The notes under the pieces are model-generated. The model searched no databases. It saw nothing but the letters and a program-made list of their open reading frames with translations, and was not told the DNA's origin. A program made the translations under genes and the position numbers. A stretch of 64,000 bases of DNA, taken from Nitrospirota bacterium. GTDB lineage: Bacteria > Nitrospirota > JACRHJ01. Position 1 is the first letter of the stretch. The number at the start of each line of letters is the position of its first letter. Shown in pieces: positions 23,745-34,460 of the stretch. The stretch is from NCBI GenBank assembly GCA_963733375.1, contig CAVTDB010000025.1, positions 32,001-96,000 of the forward strand, read 5' to 3'.

Positions 23745-24549
23745 ATGAAAAAGACTTTAAAATCCGGAACTCATATCGTCCTGGCTTCTACCACGTCTCC
23801 CCAGAACACGGGGCTTCTGGATATCTTGATCCAGGAATATTACAAATGGAGCGAACTGGACGCCAGGATAGACGTCGTCTCGGTCGGCACCGGAGCGGCT
23901 CTGGACATTGCCAGGCGCGGCGACGCGGACTTGCTGCTCGTCCATGACCCCGAAATGGAAAAAGCCTTCGTGGCCGAAGGGTACGGCATCGACCGCCGGG
24001 AAGTGATGTATAACGATTTTGTAATATTGGGCCCATCCGCCGACCCGGCCGGGATTAAAAAAGCCGGTTCGGCAATCAAGGCCTTCAAAATGATCTCGGG
24101 AAGCGGCGCGCCTTTCGTGTCGCGGGGAGACGAATCCGGCACGCATGACCGGGAGAAGAAGTTCTGGAAATCTGCCCGGGTGGACATAAAGCAGATGAAG
24201 GATTTTATTACCGCCGGCAAGGGGATGGTGGATACCCTGAAATTAGCCGACAGGTTTAACGCTTATATCCTGTCCGACAGGGGGACTTACCTGGCGAAGA
24301 AGGACAGCCTGAAACATATTACCCTGCTGTTCGAGGGCGACCCGGCGCTCGACAACCAGTACTCCATAATGGCGGTGAACCCGGCCAAATACCCTGCATG
24401 TCCGCTATGGCGAGGCGCTGGATTTCATCGAGTTCATCACCGGGCCAATCGGCCAGAAGTTAATCGACGGCTTCAGGGACGGGTCAGGCAATGTATTGTT
24501 TCATCCGAATGCCGGACGGAAGAAGACAAAGGCAAGGAAGATCGCGTAG
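23745..24549 (+). CDS. tupA: Tungstate-binding protein, TupA-like (frameshift near 24395)
   Basis: ASTTSPQNTGLL, VGTGAAL, MYNDFVILGP, FVSRGDESGTH, LSDRGTY, NQYSIMAVNP; the alternative frame ends GQKLIDGF...LFHPNA. Confidence 0.82.
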
Positions 24550-24593
24550 GACGATAGCCCTTTGTCGTTTAACAGGACGTAGTCCCTTTGCCG

Positions 24594-24622
24594 TTGAAAG
24601 GACGCGGGGTTTCTGATAATAT
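24594..24622 (+). promoter_or_regulatory. Sigma70-type promoter, leaderless
   Basis: TTGAAA-17-TAATAT, 6 nt before ATG 24629; no SD. Confidence 0.65.
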
Positions 24623-24628
24623 TTATCC

Positions 24629-25600
24629 ATGCTCCAATACATTGCCCGCCGCCTCCTGATGATGGTGCCGCTTCTGATCGGCATCACCGTTATAACCTTC
24701 ATCGTAATACACCTTGCCCCCGGGAACCCGGTCGAGGTCGCGGTGGAGATGAACCCCAAGGCGTCCGCCCAGGCCAGGGAAAACCTCCGGAAGCTCTACG
24801 GCCTGGACAAACCGCTGTATGTCCAGTATGCAAACTGGGTGGCAAGGTTCGCGAAGCTCGATTTCGGAGATTCGTACGCCGACGGCAGGCCGGTGTGGGA
24901 CAAGATAAAGGAAAGACTGCCGGTTACGATAACGATAAACGTCCTGGAGCTTTTAGTCGCCTTTATCGTAGCGATGCCGATGGGCATTATCTCCGCCGTC
25001 AAACGGAACTCTCTCCTTGATAAATCCACCACCGTAACCGTCTTCCTGGGCTTTTCCATCCCGTCCTTCTGGCTGGGGCTTCTGCTTATGATACTCTTCG
25101 GCGTGCAGCTCGGCTGGCTGCCGATATCGGGGCTACAGAGCCTGGACGCCTCGCATTACGGGTTCATCGGGCTTCAGATAGACCGTCTCCGGCACATAGT
25201 CCTTATCGTTTTCATAGGCGCCTTCGGGAGCCTTGCCGGGATATCGCGCTACGTCCGCTCCAATATGCTGGAGGTCGTCCGGCAGGATTATATCCGCACC
25301 GCCAGGGCGAAGGGCCTTAAAGAGCGGGACGTCATATACAAGCACGCGCTCAGAAACGCCATGATGCCGGTGATAACCATACTCGGCCTTTCACTTCCAG
25401 CGCTCATCGGCGGCAGCGTCATCTTAGAGTACCTGTTCGCCATACCCGGCATGGGCCAGCTCTTCTGGGCGTCCGTCACCGCGCGGGACTACCCTTTAGT
25501 CATGGGCAACCTGGTTATAGGCGCGTTCCTGACGTTAGTCGGCAACATGCTGGCGGACATCTCCTACGCCATGGTGGACCCCCGGGTTAAAATCGGTTAA
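24629..25600 (+). CDS. Peptide/nickel ABC transporter permease (OppB/DppB family)
   Basis: [36 protein letters not shown]. Confidence 0.95.
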   Translation: MLQYIARRLLMMVPLLIGITVITFIVIHLAPGNPVEVAVEMNPKASAQARENLRKLYGLDKPLYVQYANWVARFAKLDFGDSYADGRPVWDKIKERLPVTITINVLELLVAFIVAMPMGIISAVKRNSLLDKSTTVTVFLGFSIPSFWLGLLLMILFGVQLGWLPISGLQSLDASHYGFIGLQIDRLRHIVLIVFIGAFGSLAGISRYVRSNMLEVVRQDYIRTARAKGLKERDVIYKHALRNAMMPVITILGLSLPALIGGSVILEYLFAIPGMGQLFWASVTARDYPLVMGNLVIGAFLTLVGNMLADISYAMVDPRVKIG

Positions 25601-25703
25601 CCCCCTTATTTTCTTGACTTTTGCCCCTTCCATAATATAACCTCCTAACTTGGAATAATACGGCCAGAATGTCGGAAATATCGTTTATAACCGGAGGTCT
25701 CTT

Positions 25704-26166
25704 TTGCGCAAATTTTTAAAATTCCTGGTCATCATCCCATCGCTCATGCTTGTCGTGTCCGCCTGCGGGAAAAAGCAGGTTGTAAAGCCCTCGGAGGAGT
25801 CCGTGAAGGCCGACCGGGCGCTGTCGGCATTTGCCCAGATGCGTGAGGCCTATGAAGCCCGCGACCTCGCCGGGTACGCTGAAGGGCGTATCGCAGGATT
25901 TCAAGAAGAGCTACGCCGATTTCTCCAGCACCTTAAGAAAAGAAATGGAATTATACCCGAAGGTGGCCCTGGAGGTCGGAGTGGACCGGGTGGTAGAGGT
26001 CGATAATTTCGTCCGGGTGGTCTTTCACTGGTCCGGGACCTGGACGGACAAGGAAGGCGGCTCCCATCAGGCCAGGGGAAACTGCACTTACATTTACCAG
26101 GACACCGGGAGCTCAATAGTCCTGGTGGATTTCATCGGCGACTCGCCTTTCGGGGTCGCAAGGTAG
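25704..26166 (+). CDS. Hypothetical lipoprotein, possibly NTF2-like (frameshifted)
   Basis: Lipobox VSAC in the first ORF; continues into the 25831..26166 frame. Confidence 0.7.
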
Positions 26167-26170
26167 AGTA

Positions 26171-27728
26171 TTGGAAATTATATCCGAAGCCATCTCCACC
26201 GATTACATCGTAATCGGCTCCGGCGTTGCGGGTCTCAGGGCGGCGATAGAACTGGCGAGGGCTGGTAAGGTCCTGGTGATAACCAAGGACAGGGCCACCG
26301 AGTCCTCTACTGAATACGCGCAGGGCGGGGTTGCGGTCGCGCTCTCGGACGAGGACGAGATAGGCTTTCACTTCCGGGACACCATAGACGCGGGCGACGG
26401 GCTCTGCAACGAAGAGAACGTCCGGATACTGGTGACCGAAGGCCCGGAACGGATAAGGGAGCTGATATCCTGGGGCGCGCAGTTTGACCGTGAAGGGGTT
26501 AAATTAGCGTTCACGCGTGAGGCCGCGCACAGCAAAAGACGCATCCTGCACGCGCATGGCGATTCCACGGGCAGGGAGATTGAGCGCGCGCTGCTGGCGA
26601 AGGTCAAGGCGACGGAGAATATTAAAAAATATGACTACTCCATCACGGTTGACCTTATTGTAAATGACGGGCAGGCGTCGGGAGCGCTCGTGTACCGGGA
26701 GAGGGAGCGCAAGCTGACGGCGGTTTACGCCAAGGCGGTGGTGCTGGCGACGGGAGGCCTGGGGCAGGTATACCAGCGGACGACCAACCCGGAAGTCGCA
26801 ACTGGCGACGGCTTCGCGATAGCGTACCGGGCCGGGGCTACACTCACGGACATGGAGTTCGTGCAGTTCCACCCCACCTCGCTTTACGTGCCGCGCGCGC
26901 CTCAGTTCCTTTTGTCGGAGGCCATGCGTGGCGAAGGCGCGCTGCTGGTCAATATCAAGGGCGAGCGGTTCATGCCCCGGTATAACCCGAAGGCGGAGCT
27001 TGCACCCAGGGACGTGGTATCAAGGGCCATCGTCTCCGAAATGGTAAAAACAAAATCGGAGCACGTATATCTGGACCTCCGGCATCTGGACGCCGGTTTC
27101 GTGAGGAGCCGCTTCCCCAGGATTTACTCGACCTGCCTCAGTTTCGATATAGACATAACCGAGGAGATGATCCCGGTATCGCCCGCGGCCCATTATATGA
27201 TGGGCGGGGTATGGACGGACAAAGACGGCTCTACGGACGTCCCGGGGTTGTATGCCGCGGGTGAGGTGGCATGCACGGGAGTGCACGGGGCAAACCGCCT
27301 GGCCAGTAATTCGCTTCTGGAAGGCATAGTATTCGGGGCCCGCGCCGGGATCGCCGCGGCGGCATACGGCCTGAAGAAGCCGCAGCCCGAAAATGGAGTC
27401 CATAGCATATAAGGCGGGCGCGGCGTCCCAGCCCGACCTGCTGAAGACCAGGAGCCAGCTTCGGCGCCTCATGTGGGGAGACGTCGGTATCATCAGGAGC
27501 GGGGAATCCTTAACCGGCGCAATCGAGACCATTTCCGGGTGGCACAAGCTCAAGGAGTCGGGGCCGCTTTCAAGGCCGTGGCTGGAGCTTCATAACCTGT
27601 TGACGGCGGGAACGCTTATAGCAAAGGCCGCCCTTTCCCGCAAAGGAAGCGTCGGCGCGCATTACCGGAGCGACCATAAAGCCCGGGGGCGGGGCTGGGA
27701 GCGGCACATAAGCTTCAAGAGGGATTAA
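26171..27728 (+). CDS. nadB: L-aspartate oxidase (frameshift near 27400)
   Basis: IGSGVAGL, YAQGGVA, EAAHSKRRILHA, QFHPT, HYMMGGV, GVHGANRLASNSLLEG, SVGAHYRSD. Confidence 0.95.
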
Positions 27729-29488
27729 TGGAAGAATACCAGGGGACGGAAGCGGCATTTTCTGAAAGCGAAGAAGAGCAGCGCGAGAAGGAAGAGCGCA
27801 TAAACAGGCTCACTCCGCTGGCGAAGGAAGTCGTGATGGTCCTGGTCAAGACTATAAAGGCGACAAAGCTCTACCTCCCCAATAACCCGATCTACCAGCG
27901 CTTCCGCGACGAACTCCGGGAAAAATTCGAAAAATACTTTCAGGACGAGGAACTGCTCAGTTTCATGGTCCAGCGGTTCGAGCTCTTCTTCCTCGACCAG
28001 CAGGTCTATCATAACCCGGACAAGGAAGATAACATCGCGCTGATGTTCTTCAAGGACGGCATCCGGGAATTCTGCTTTCACAGGGGCATCTCTCCGGAGG
28101 AGATAGACGGGTTCATAGACATATTAAAATTCGACGTCAAGGAGCGCGAGCTGGACGACGATTTGGTTACCCTGCTGTGGGAAAAGGATTTCAAGTCCGT
28201 CACCTATACCGTCACCGACGAGGCGACCGAGGAAGAGGCGCTCGAGGAGGAAAGCCTGCTTTCTTTCGAGGAGGAGCCGGAGGCCCTGCGGCAGTTGGAT
28301 GAGCTGCGGGTGCGCGCGGCGGATGAGGCGCGGGCGGCTTCCGGCCTCGCGGAGCCCGGGGACGCAGCCCAGGGGGCAGCGGTGCTGGAACATGAAAATC
28401 TTTATGCGACGGATTCCGCGGAAGATGATTATCTGGCGATACGCGGGTCCTATAAGCCGCCTGACGACGTGACCCTTCTGAACAATCTGACTGATATTTT
28501 TTACGAGATACTTATTACGGAAAAGAGCCAGGAGAACTTCGATATGCTGGTGGAGAGCCTGTCGAAGGCGATGGAGATATTCGTTTCAAGGGGCGACCTG
28601 GCGCTCGCGACAATCCTGGTGATGAAGGTGCAGGAACTGTCCGGGAGCGGGGAAATACCCGGTGAATGGGTCCCGAAGCTCGACCTGGTGGTGAATAAGG
28701 CGGCCTCCGAAAAACTGATAGACAAGGTAGGGGAGTTTATAGAGCAGGGCGGACAGGAGGCGCTGGAGGCGGCGGGAAGTTATCTTTCCCAGCTCGATTC
28801 ACGGGCGATCCCGTCCACGGTCAAGCTCCTGGAAAGTATCGACAACAGGCGGTCCCGAAAGGCTATCTGCGATATCATAAACGCCCAGTGCGGGGGCAAT
28901 GGAAAGCTCCTTATCCCGTTCCTGACGGGCAAGCCGTGGTACGTGCTGAGGAACGTCCTGATGGTGCTGGGAAAAGTCGCCGACCCGGAGACGGCGCCGG
29001 CGGTGGGCGCTACCCTCAAGCACGAGGAGCCGCGGGTGAGGCGGGAAGCGATATCCACATTGCTGGCGATAAAGGGGGAAAAAGCGGAGAGTTTCATATC
29101 CGAGAGCTTAAACGATGAAGACAGGTCGATCCGGTCCCTCTCCGCGCGCGTGCTGGCGGAACTCTCCCCGGATAAGGCGTACGAGCAGCTCATGGCCCTG
29201 ACGGCGAATGCAAAATTTAAAGAGCGGGAATTTGACGAGAAGAAGGAAATCTACGAGATTATCGGCAGGACCGGAAAAGAGAAGGCTTTCCCGTTCTTCG
29301 CCCAGCAGTTCAACAAGAAAAGCTTTTTAAGGATGAAAAGGTCCGAGAAGCTGCGCGCCCTGGCCGCTTACGGGCTTGCGGCATGCGGGACCGAAGAGGC
29401 ATACCAGGCGCTCCAGTCCGAGATAGACTCGAAATCGAAGCTGGTGCGCACGGCCTGTTTAGACGGGCTGAAGAGGATGAAGAGATGA
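27728..29488 (+). CDS. HEAT-repeat protein
   Basis: N-terminal LYLPNNP, acidic linker, C-terminal HEAT repeats (WYVLRNVLMVLG, PRVRREAI, RSIRSLSA). Confidence 0.85.
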   Translation: MEEYQGTEAAFSESEEEQREKEERINRLTPLAKEVVMVLVKTIKATKLYLPNNPIYQRFRDELREKFEKYFQDEELLSFMVQRFELFFLDQQVYHNPDKEDNIALMFFKDGIREFCFHRGISPEEIDGFIDILKFDVKERELDDDLVTLLWEKDFKSVTYTVTDEATEEEALEEESLLSFEEEPEALRQLDELRVRAADEARAASGLAEPGDAAQGAAVLEHENLYATDSAEDDYLAIRGSYKPPDDVTLLNNLTDIFYEILITEKSQENFDMLVESLSKAMEIFVSRGDLALATILVMKVQELSGSGEIPGEWVPKLDLVVNKAASEKLIDKVGEFIEQGGQEALEAAGSYLSQLDSRAIPSTVKLLESIDNRRSRKAICDIINAQCGGNGKLLIPFLTGKPWYVLRNVLMVLGKVADPETAPAVGATLKHEEPRVRREAISTLLAIKGEKAESFISESLNDEDRSIRSLSARVLAELSPDKAYEQLMALTANAKFKEREFDEKKEIYEIIGRTGKEKAFPFFAQQFNKKSFLRMKRSEKLRALAAYGLAACGTEEAYQALQSEIDSKSKLVRTACLDGLKRMKR

Positions 29489-30942
29489 GCGCGGAATTTA
29501 ACCGGCCTGGCGACCGGCCGCAGGGGGCGTCTTTCGAAGAGGATTTTAACCGCAAGGCCCTGTCTCAGGGCCGGATACTGGTGAACCAGCTCGCCATATT
29601 AGTGAAGGTCGCCCAGATGCACGACCTGAAGAATGAAGCCGTGGAAAACGCGGCGGAGCTTCTCCGGGGGACGATCTCTTCTTTCTTCGACGACAGAAAA
29701 TCCATCGCGCTGAACTTAATCGGAGAATACCTGTTCATTGAGGACATCCGGATAAAGTATAATATCGAGGACTTCAACAACTTCGACTTCCTGGTATGCG
29801 AGTTCAAAAAACGAAAAATAGGCTCGCTCAGCTTTAATCCGCTGGTGGACGCCGGCCAGCTTATACAGTTCGTGAGCATCTTTTTAACGGCGCAGACCGA
29901 ATCGGACGAGGTGTACCACGACATCGCCCTGCGGCTGGGAACATCCGGGATATCCGGCATATCCACGGACGAGCTTAAGCCGCCGAAGGCGAATGATGAT
30001 TTTGAAAAAATTATCGACGCGGCGAAGGCCGCGACAAAAGCATACATCAGGGTGGTGCTCCGGGTAAAAGAGCTGTTTGAGGGTATATCGGCAGGTCAGC
30101 CCGCGGATATCAGAAAGCTGAAACGCGCGGTCCAGTCCCTGGTGGATTCCGCGTACAAGAGCGAAAAAACTCTGCTGAAGCTCTCCGCGGTAAGGCGCAA
30201 GGAAGACCTGCTGCCCAGGCATTATGCAAACGTCTGCGTCCTTTCTCTTTTAATAGGCAAAAGGGTAGGGCTCTCCAAATACCATATGGCGCGGCTGGGG
30301 ATGGCCGCACTCCTTCACGACATAGGCCGGAGTTACCTGCCCCAGGAATTGGACGGTGATCCGGATGAAGAGACCCTTAAGGCGTTGACTGAACACCCGC
30401 GGCTGGGCGTGCAGACAATACTCAGGCTAAAAGGCTTGAATGAAGTCGCCGTATCGGCTATGATAGTGTCTTACGAGCATCACAGGAACCTGGACGGGAC
30501 AGGATACCCCAGGCCCGTCGAGACAAAAGATATATGCTTTTACTCCCGCATCGTCCGTATCGCCGATAACTATGACGCGGCGACGTCTTCGGGCATTTAC
30601 GGGAACGTGGCGGTCCCGCCGGACAGGGCGCTCAGGCTTATGTCAGGCCGCGCCGGGAGCTATTACGACAGTGAACTGCTGGATAAATTCATCAGCGCCA
30701 TGGGGATTTACCCGGTGGGGACTTTCGTGATGCTAAATGACGGCAGGTTCGCCGTGGTCACCGCGCCGGGGAACGGCAGGGAAGGACTTTTAAGGCCCCA
30801 TGCCGTCGTAGTCGGAGGCCGGACCGAGGGAGAAGCGGTTGACCTTTCGCTAAAGGACGACGCCGGGGGCTACCGTCAATCGATCACCGCGACCCTGGAC
30901 CCCGAGAGGTACAGAGTCAACATCTACAAGTACTTGTTTTAG
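29485..30942 (+). CDS. HD-GYP domain protein
   Basis: LLHDIG, EHHRNLDGTGYP, RIADNYDA, GIYPVGTFV; ATGA overlap with the HEAT gene. Confidence 0.9.
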   Translation: MSAEFNRPGDRPQGASFEEDFNRKALSQGRILVNQLAILVKVAQMHDLKNEAVENAAELLRGTISSFFDDRKSIALNLIGEYLFIEDIRIKYNIEDFNNFDFLVCEFKKRKIGSLSFNPLVDAGQLIQFVSIFLTAQTESDEVYHDIALRLGTSGISGISTDELKPPKANDDFEKIIDAAKAATKAYIRVVLRVKELFEGISAGQPADIRKLKRAVQSLVDSAYKSEKTLLKLSAVRRKEDLLPRHYANVCVLSLLIGKRVGLSKYHMARLGMAALLHDIGRSYLPQELDGDPDEETLKALTEHPRLGVQTILRLKGLNEVAVSAMIVSYEHHRNLDGTGYPRPVETKDICFYSRIVRIADNYDAATSSGIYGNVAVPPDRALRLMSGRAGSYYDSELLDKFISAMGIYPVGTFVMLNDGRFAVVTAPGNGREGLLRPHAVVVGGRTEGEAVDLSLKDDAGGYRQSITATLDPERYRVNIYKYLF

Positions 30943-30955
30943 GAGGATTTTTTTA

Positions 30956-31753
30956 ATGTACAACCTTTTGGTTTCGACTTCAATCAGCGTCTTTTCTTTC
31001 CTCATACTCTGGTTCTCCCTCAAAGGGACGGATTACCGGGCGTTAGCCTTCATCGTCGCGTTCGGCCTGTTCTTCGGGCTGAATTATTTCCTCTCCAAGA
31101 GGGTTATGAAAAAGGTCGAGTCGCTGATGACTTCCGTCGGCAAGGACCTGCAGAACCAGCGCTTCGAAAAGGCGATAAAGACCCTGAAAGGGGGCTTTGA
31201 CCTGGGGAAATGGCAGTTCTTCGTGAAGGCCCAGTTAAACGCGCAGATAGGCAGCATCTACTACTTAACGCGCGACGACGAGAACGCCTTCAATTATTTA
31301 AAGGAAGGTTTTTCCAAGCACTGGGTCGCGATGGGAATGCTTGCCATCATCTACATGAAGCGCAAGAAAAAAGACCTGATGATGGAGACCTTTGAAAAGG
31401 CGGTTAAGGGTTCCCCCAAGGAAAGCCTTATCTGGAGCCTCTACGCATACTGCCTCTTAAAAGAAGGAGAGCGGGAGAAGGCCCTGGAGGTGCTCTCGCG
31501 CGGGCTCAAAAAAATCCCGGACGATGACAAGCTCAAGGCTAACATGAATGCCGTCGCCAACAAGGAAAAGATGAAGATGAAGAACTACGGCGATATGTGG
31601 ACGCAGTTTTACCTGGAGAAAGTCCCGCCCGCCGCGGGGCAGAAGATACCGCACTACCTCCAGGCGCTGGCCGGCGGCAGGCGCAGGATAATAAAGAAGA
31701 TAGCCGGGGCGTGTTCGCGACGAGTTCAGGAGGGAGTGCTTACGGGGCCGTAA
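30956..31753 (+). CDS. Membrane-anchored TPR-like protein
   Basis: Two N-terminal TM segments, then TPR-like helices; AGGAGG SD; C-terminus possibly frameshifted. Confidence 0.75.
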   Translation: MYNLLVSTSISVFSFLILWFSLKGTDYRALAFIVAFGLFFGLNYFLSKRVMKKVESLMTSVGKDLQNQRFEKAIKTLKGGFDLGKWQFFVKAQLNAQIGSIYYLTRDDENAFNYLKEGFSKHWVAMGMLAIIYMKRKKKDLMMETFEKAVKGSPKESLIWSLYAYCLLKEGEREKALEVLSRGLKKIPDDDKLKANMNAVANKEKMKMKNYGDMWTQFYLEKVPPAAGQKIPHYLQALAGGRRRIIKKIAGACSRRVQEGVLTGP

Positions 31754-31790
31754 GCCTGTGGCCGACGGGAAAAGGCATCCGGTTAAAGGT

Positions 31791-32504
31791 TCAGACCACC
31801 AGGCCGTCCATGTCCTTCGCTATCGATTTCAGGACGAACTCGTTAATCCTTGACGCGGTTTTATCCGGAATATCCTTAAACTCGATTGCCATTCCCGGCT
31901 GATGGTCTTCGACACCGGTCGCATAGATAACAGAACCCTGCACGGCTATCTTCCCCTCATCCAGGGGCATGATCACCTCTACATTTGAACCGGTGTCAAG
32001 TGGTTGCCTGGTCCTGATAAACACGCCCCTCTCCGAAAGCGTTTTCGTAAATAGCCTGTGCGACTCCCCATTATAATTCACCGTTACTTTAATATTTATA
32101 TTTGTCCTTAAGTGCTTCCTTCTTCTTTCCGGGAAAAGATTTCTTTCAAGGGCATAGTTCAGTTCGGTCATACCGATTGGTTTTGGCAGAAAACATTCGC
32201 AGCCGAGACTCTCACATTCCTTGACGACTTCCGTCTTCGAGTTGCCCGATACCATAATTACCGGGATATTTTTATGCCGTTCGCTATCTTTAATCATCTT
32301 CAGAGTCTCTATGCCGTCCAAAAAAGGCATCCTCAAGTCCAGTGTTATCGCGTCCGGGGAGATTATCCGGAGGAGCTGCATAACCTCTATGCCGTTTTCC
32401 GCCGGTATCGCGTCATAACCAAGCCTCTCCAGAACTATGCACATGCTCATCAAGACATTGCTGTCATCTTCGGCTACGATAAGTGTCTTGTTCATGGATG
32501 GCAT
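31791..32504 (-). CDS. Response regulator with REC and PilZ domains
   Basis: REC (VAEDD, ITLDLRMP, FLPKP); PilZ motifs RRKHLR and TLSERGVFI, GMAIEF. Confidence 0.9.
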   Translation of the reverse strand: MPSMNKTLIVAEDDSNVLMSMCIVLERLGYDAIPAENGIEVMQLLRIISPDAITLDLRMPFLDGIETLKMIKDSERHKNIPVIMVSGNSKTEVVKECESLGCECFLPKPIGMTELNYALERNLFPERRRKHLRTNINIKVTVNYNGESHRLFTKTLSERGVFIRTRQPLDTGSNVEVIMPLDEGKIAVQGSVIYATGVEDHQPGMAIEFKDIPDKTASRINEFVLKSIAKDMDGLVV

Positions 32505-32652
32505 TGGCTATGCTCCTAAAAAGTCGAATAAATTTTATCGTAGCCGTAAGTTCCGACGCGTGCCCCCCCGCCACTTCCTTATACCATGCTTATACCATGA
32601 ATTAATATTACAGTCAATCTTTTTTTGTATAAAATAGGCGTCAGAGTAAAAA

Positions 32653-33212
32653 TTATTTTCCTATATAGTAGGTCGCCCCGGCGGTATACATGAAGTTGCT
32701 GAAGGTACGGTTGTTTATGGTTATGACGTGACGCAGGTCTCCGCGTATGGCAATCTTGTCAGAAACGAAATATTCTATACCTCCGCCGTAATTGAACGAG
32801 GAAATCGAATCGTACATGTGCGTCTGGTGGTCTCCCCTCCACCGGCTGATCTGACCTATTCCTCCGCCCAGCGACAACGTAAGGGTCGAATATCCAAAGC
32901 TTATTAAAGTGATAGACAAAGTCCAGATGAAGCAGCCAGAGGTTTATATCCCCGGTGTCAAATTCCTTGTCCGTGCCCGGGTCGGCGAAATTGAACATAA
33001 GCTCGGTGCCGAAATGGTCCGTGAAATTATAGCCTGCCCCGATGCCGTATTCCGGCCCGTTGCCCACGTGTTCGTCCTCGTCCCAATCAAACCCGCCGAA
33101 TATCGGGCTTATGGTGAAGGTGCCGGCCCTTTTTGTCTGAGCATAGGCCGCTCCGGGAATTGATATAAGCCGCGAACAACGCAAGAATTGCAAATAACTT
33201 TAAAATCCTCAA
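32653..33212 (-). CDS. Outer-membrane beta-barrel protein (frameshifted)
   Basis: YGIGAGYNFT, FNYGGGIEYF, AIRGDLRH, terminal TAGATYYIGK; probable TTG start with signal peptide at 33212. Confidence 0.8.
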
Positions 33213-33286
33213 ATCAGACCCCCCCCCGTAGTTTTGAATGTCTATTAATTAATAGCAGTAATAAGCCTAACTGTAAAGCCCGGCAC

Positions 33287-33323
33287 AAAAAAGGGTCCGG
33301 ACCTTTCCCGGTCCGGACCCTTT
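33287..33323 (-). terminator. Intrinsic terminator
   Basis: Perfect AAAGGGTCCGGACC/GGTCCGGACCCTTT stem with a T-tract on the minus strand. Confidence 0.85.
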
Positions 33324-33343
33324 AAACCGCGCTCCATTTCCGT

Positions 33344-34300
33344 CTATTTTACGGATTTTTTTACGGCTTTTTCTATCTCCGACTGGATATCGCCCGGCAT
33401 CGCCATGTTCTTCATGAAAGCCCAGTTGCCCGCGTCCTGGAAATAAAGCTTCATCCGCCACATCTCTTTTAAAATATTGACTGAATTGTTCGCGCCGCTT
33501 TTATATATTACCAGTTCTACCGGAAAGGACGGGGCGTGGTCTATGCCCGGGCACGGGTTGGAATTGGTCACGCGCTTTTCGCCCGCTATGCCGAATGCCC
33601 TTGCTTCGGTCTTAGGCTTTGCTATGCCCACGACGGCGACGGCCGCGGAGGGCTTATAGACATAAACGACATGCCACCCCGATGAGGGACTAAGCCCTTT
33701 TTCCAGTTCGTCCGCGATTTCCGAAGGCGATTTAAGCGATGTCGCCGCCGGCACTATCTTCTCCGGGAACGCGCCCCCGCCCATCCCGGTAATAGCGCCG
33801 GATTCCCTCATCTCGCCCGCCTGCCTCTGCTGTACGGCACCTATCGGTTTAAGGGCGGCGGCGACCTCATCGACTACCTTCTGGGCGGCGGCGTCCAGTG
33901 AGTCACCCTGGAAGATAGTCCTGTCCACCGAGACCGGGTTCATCATGGCGACATTTAATCCCTTATCGTCCTCATACAGCGAAAGCCGAAGCGGTAGGGC
34001 AAAGGCCTTGTCCGGTCCTTTTGCCAGTATTTTGGCGGCATAGTCGTCCTTGGTGAAGACTATGGTTTCCGCCTTGAAGCGGCATCCTTCCGGCACGCCG
34101 TTTTCATAGGAGGCGAGTATGGTGAAGCCGGCGCCTTTAAGCGCCGCTTCGACTTTCGGCGCACTCTGGCGGGCGTCCGCCTTAAGGCCTTCAAGCATCT
34201 GAACATAAACGCCCTGAGTTCTTGCGGCGGCAAAACACTGGACCGACAGGGAAAGAACAAACACGGCAACGAGCGCAACCATTAAAAAACGCTTGACCAT
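33344..34300 (-). CDS. Exported hypothetical protein with two DUF302-like repeats
   Basis: Signal peptide; related segments FALPLRLSLYE and PSFPVELVIYK; AAGGAGG SD; family call is by resemblance only. Confidence 0.7.
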   Translation of the reverse strand: MVKRFLMVALVAVFVLSLSVQCFAAARTQGVYVQMLEGLKADARQSAPKVEAALKGAGFTILASYENGVPEGCRFKAETIVFTKDDYAAKILAKGPDKAFALPLRLSLYEDDKGLNVAMMNPVSVDRTIFQGDSLDAAAQKVVDEVAAALKPIGAVQQRQAGEMRESGAITGMGGGAFPEKIVPAATSLKSPSEIADELEKGLSPSSGWHVVYVYKPSAAVAVVGIAKPKTEARAFGIAGEKRVTNSNPCPGIDHAPSFPVELVIYKSGANNSVNILKEMWRMKLYFQDAGNWAFMKNMAMPGDIQSEIEKAVKKSVK

Positions 34301-34328
34301 AGCATCCGCCTCCTTATGCCCTCAAGTT

Positions 34329-34456
34329 AAAAAACAAAAACCTCCGGCTAAGCGGCGGACATTCGCCCTTAAGCCGGAGGCTGCGTGGCCCCGGATATCA
34401 ACCGGCCCTCGAGAGCCGACCATTCCATCTATATCATTAAAATAAACTTTTGTAAA
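34329..34456 (-). promoter_or_regulatory. Promoter plus structured 5' leader with intrinsic terminator (attenuator or riboswitch candidate)
   Basis: TTTACA-17-TATAGA (34456-34428), GC-rich stems, terminator hairpin 34380-34341 with U-tract ending 28 nt before ATG 34300. Confidence 0.6.
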
Positions 34457-34460
34457 TAAA

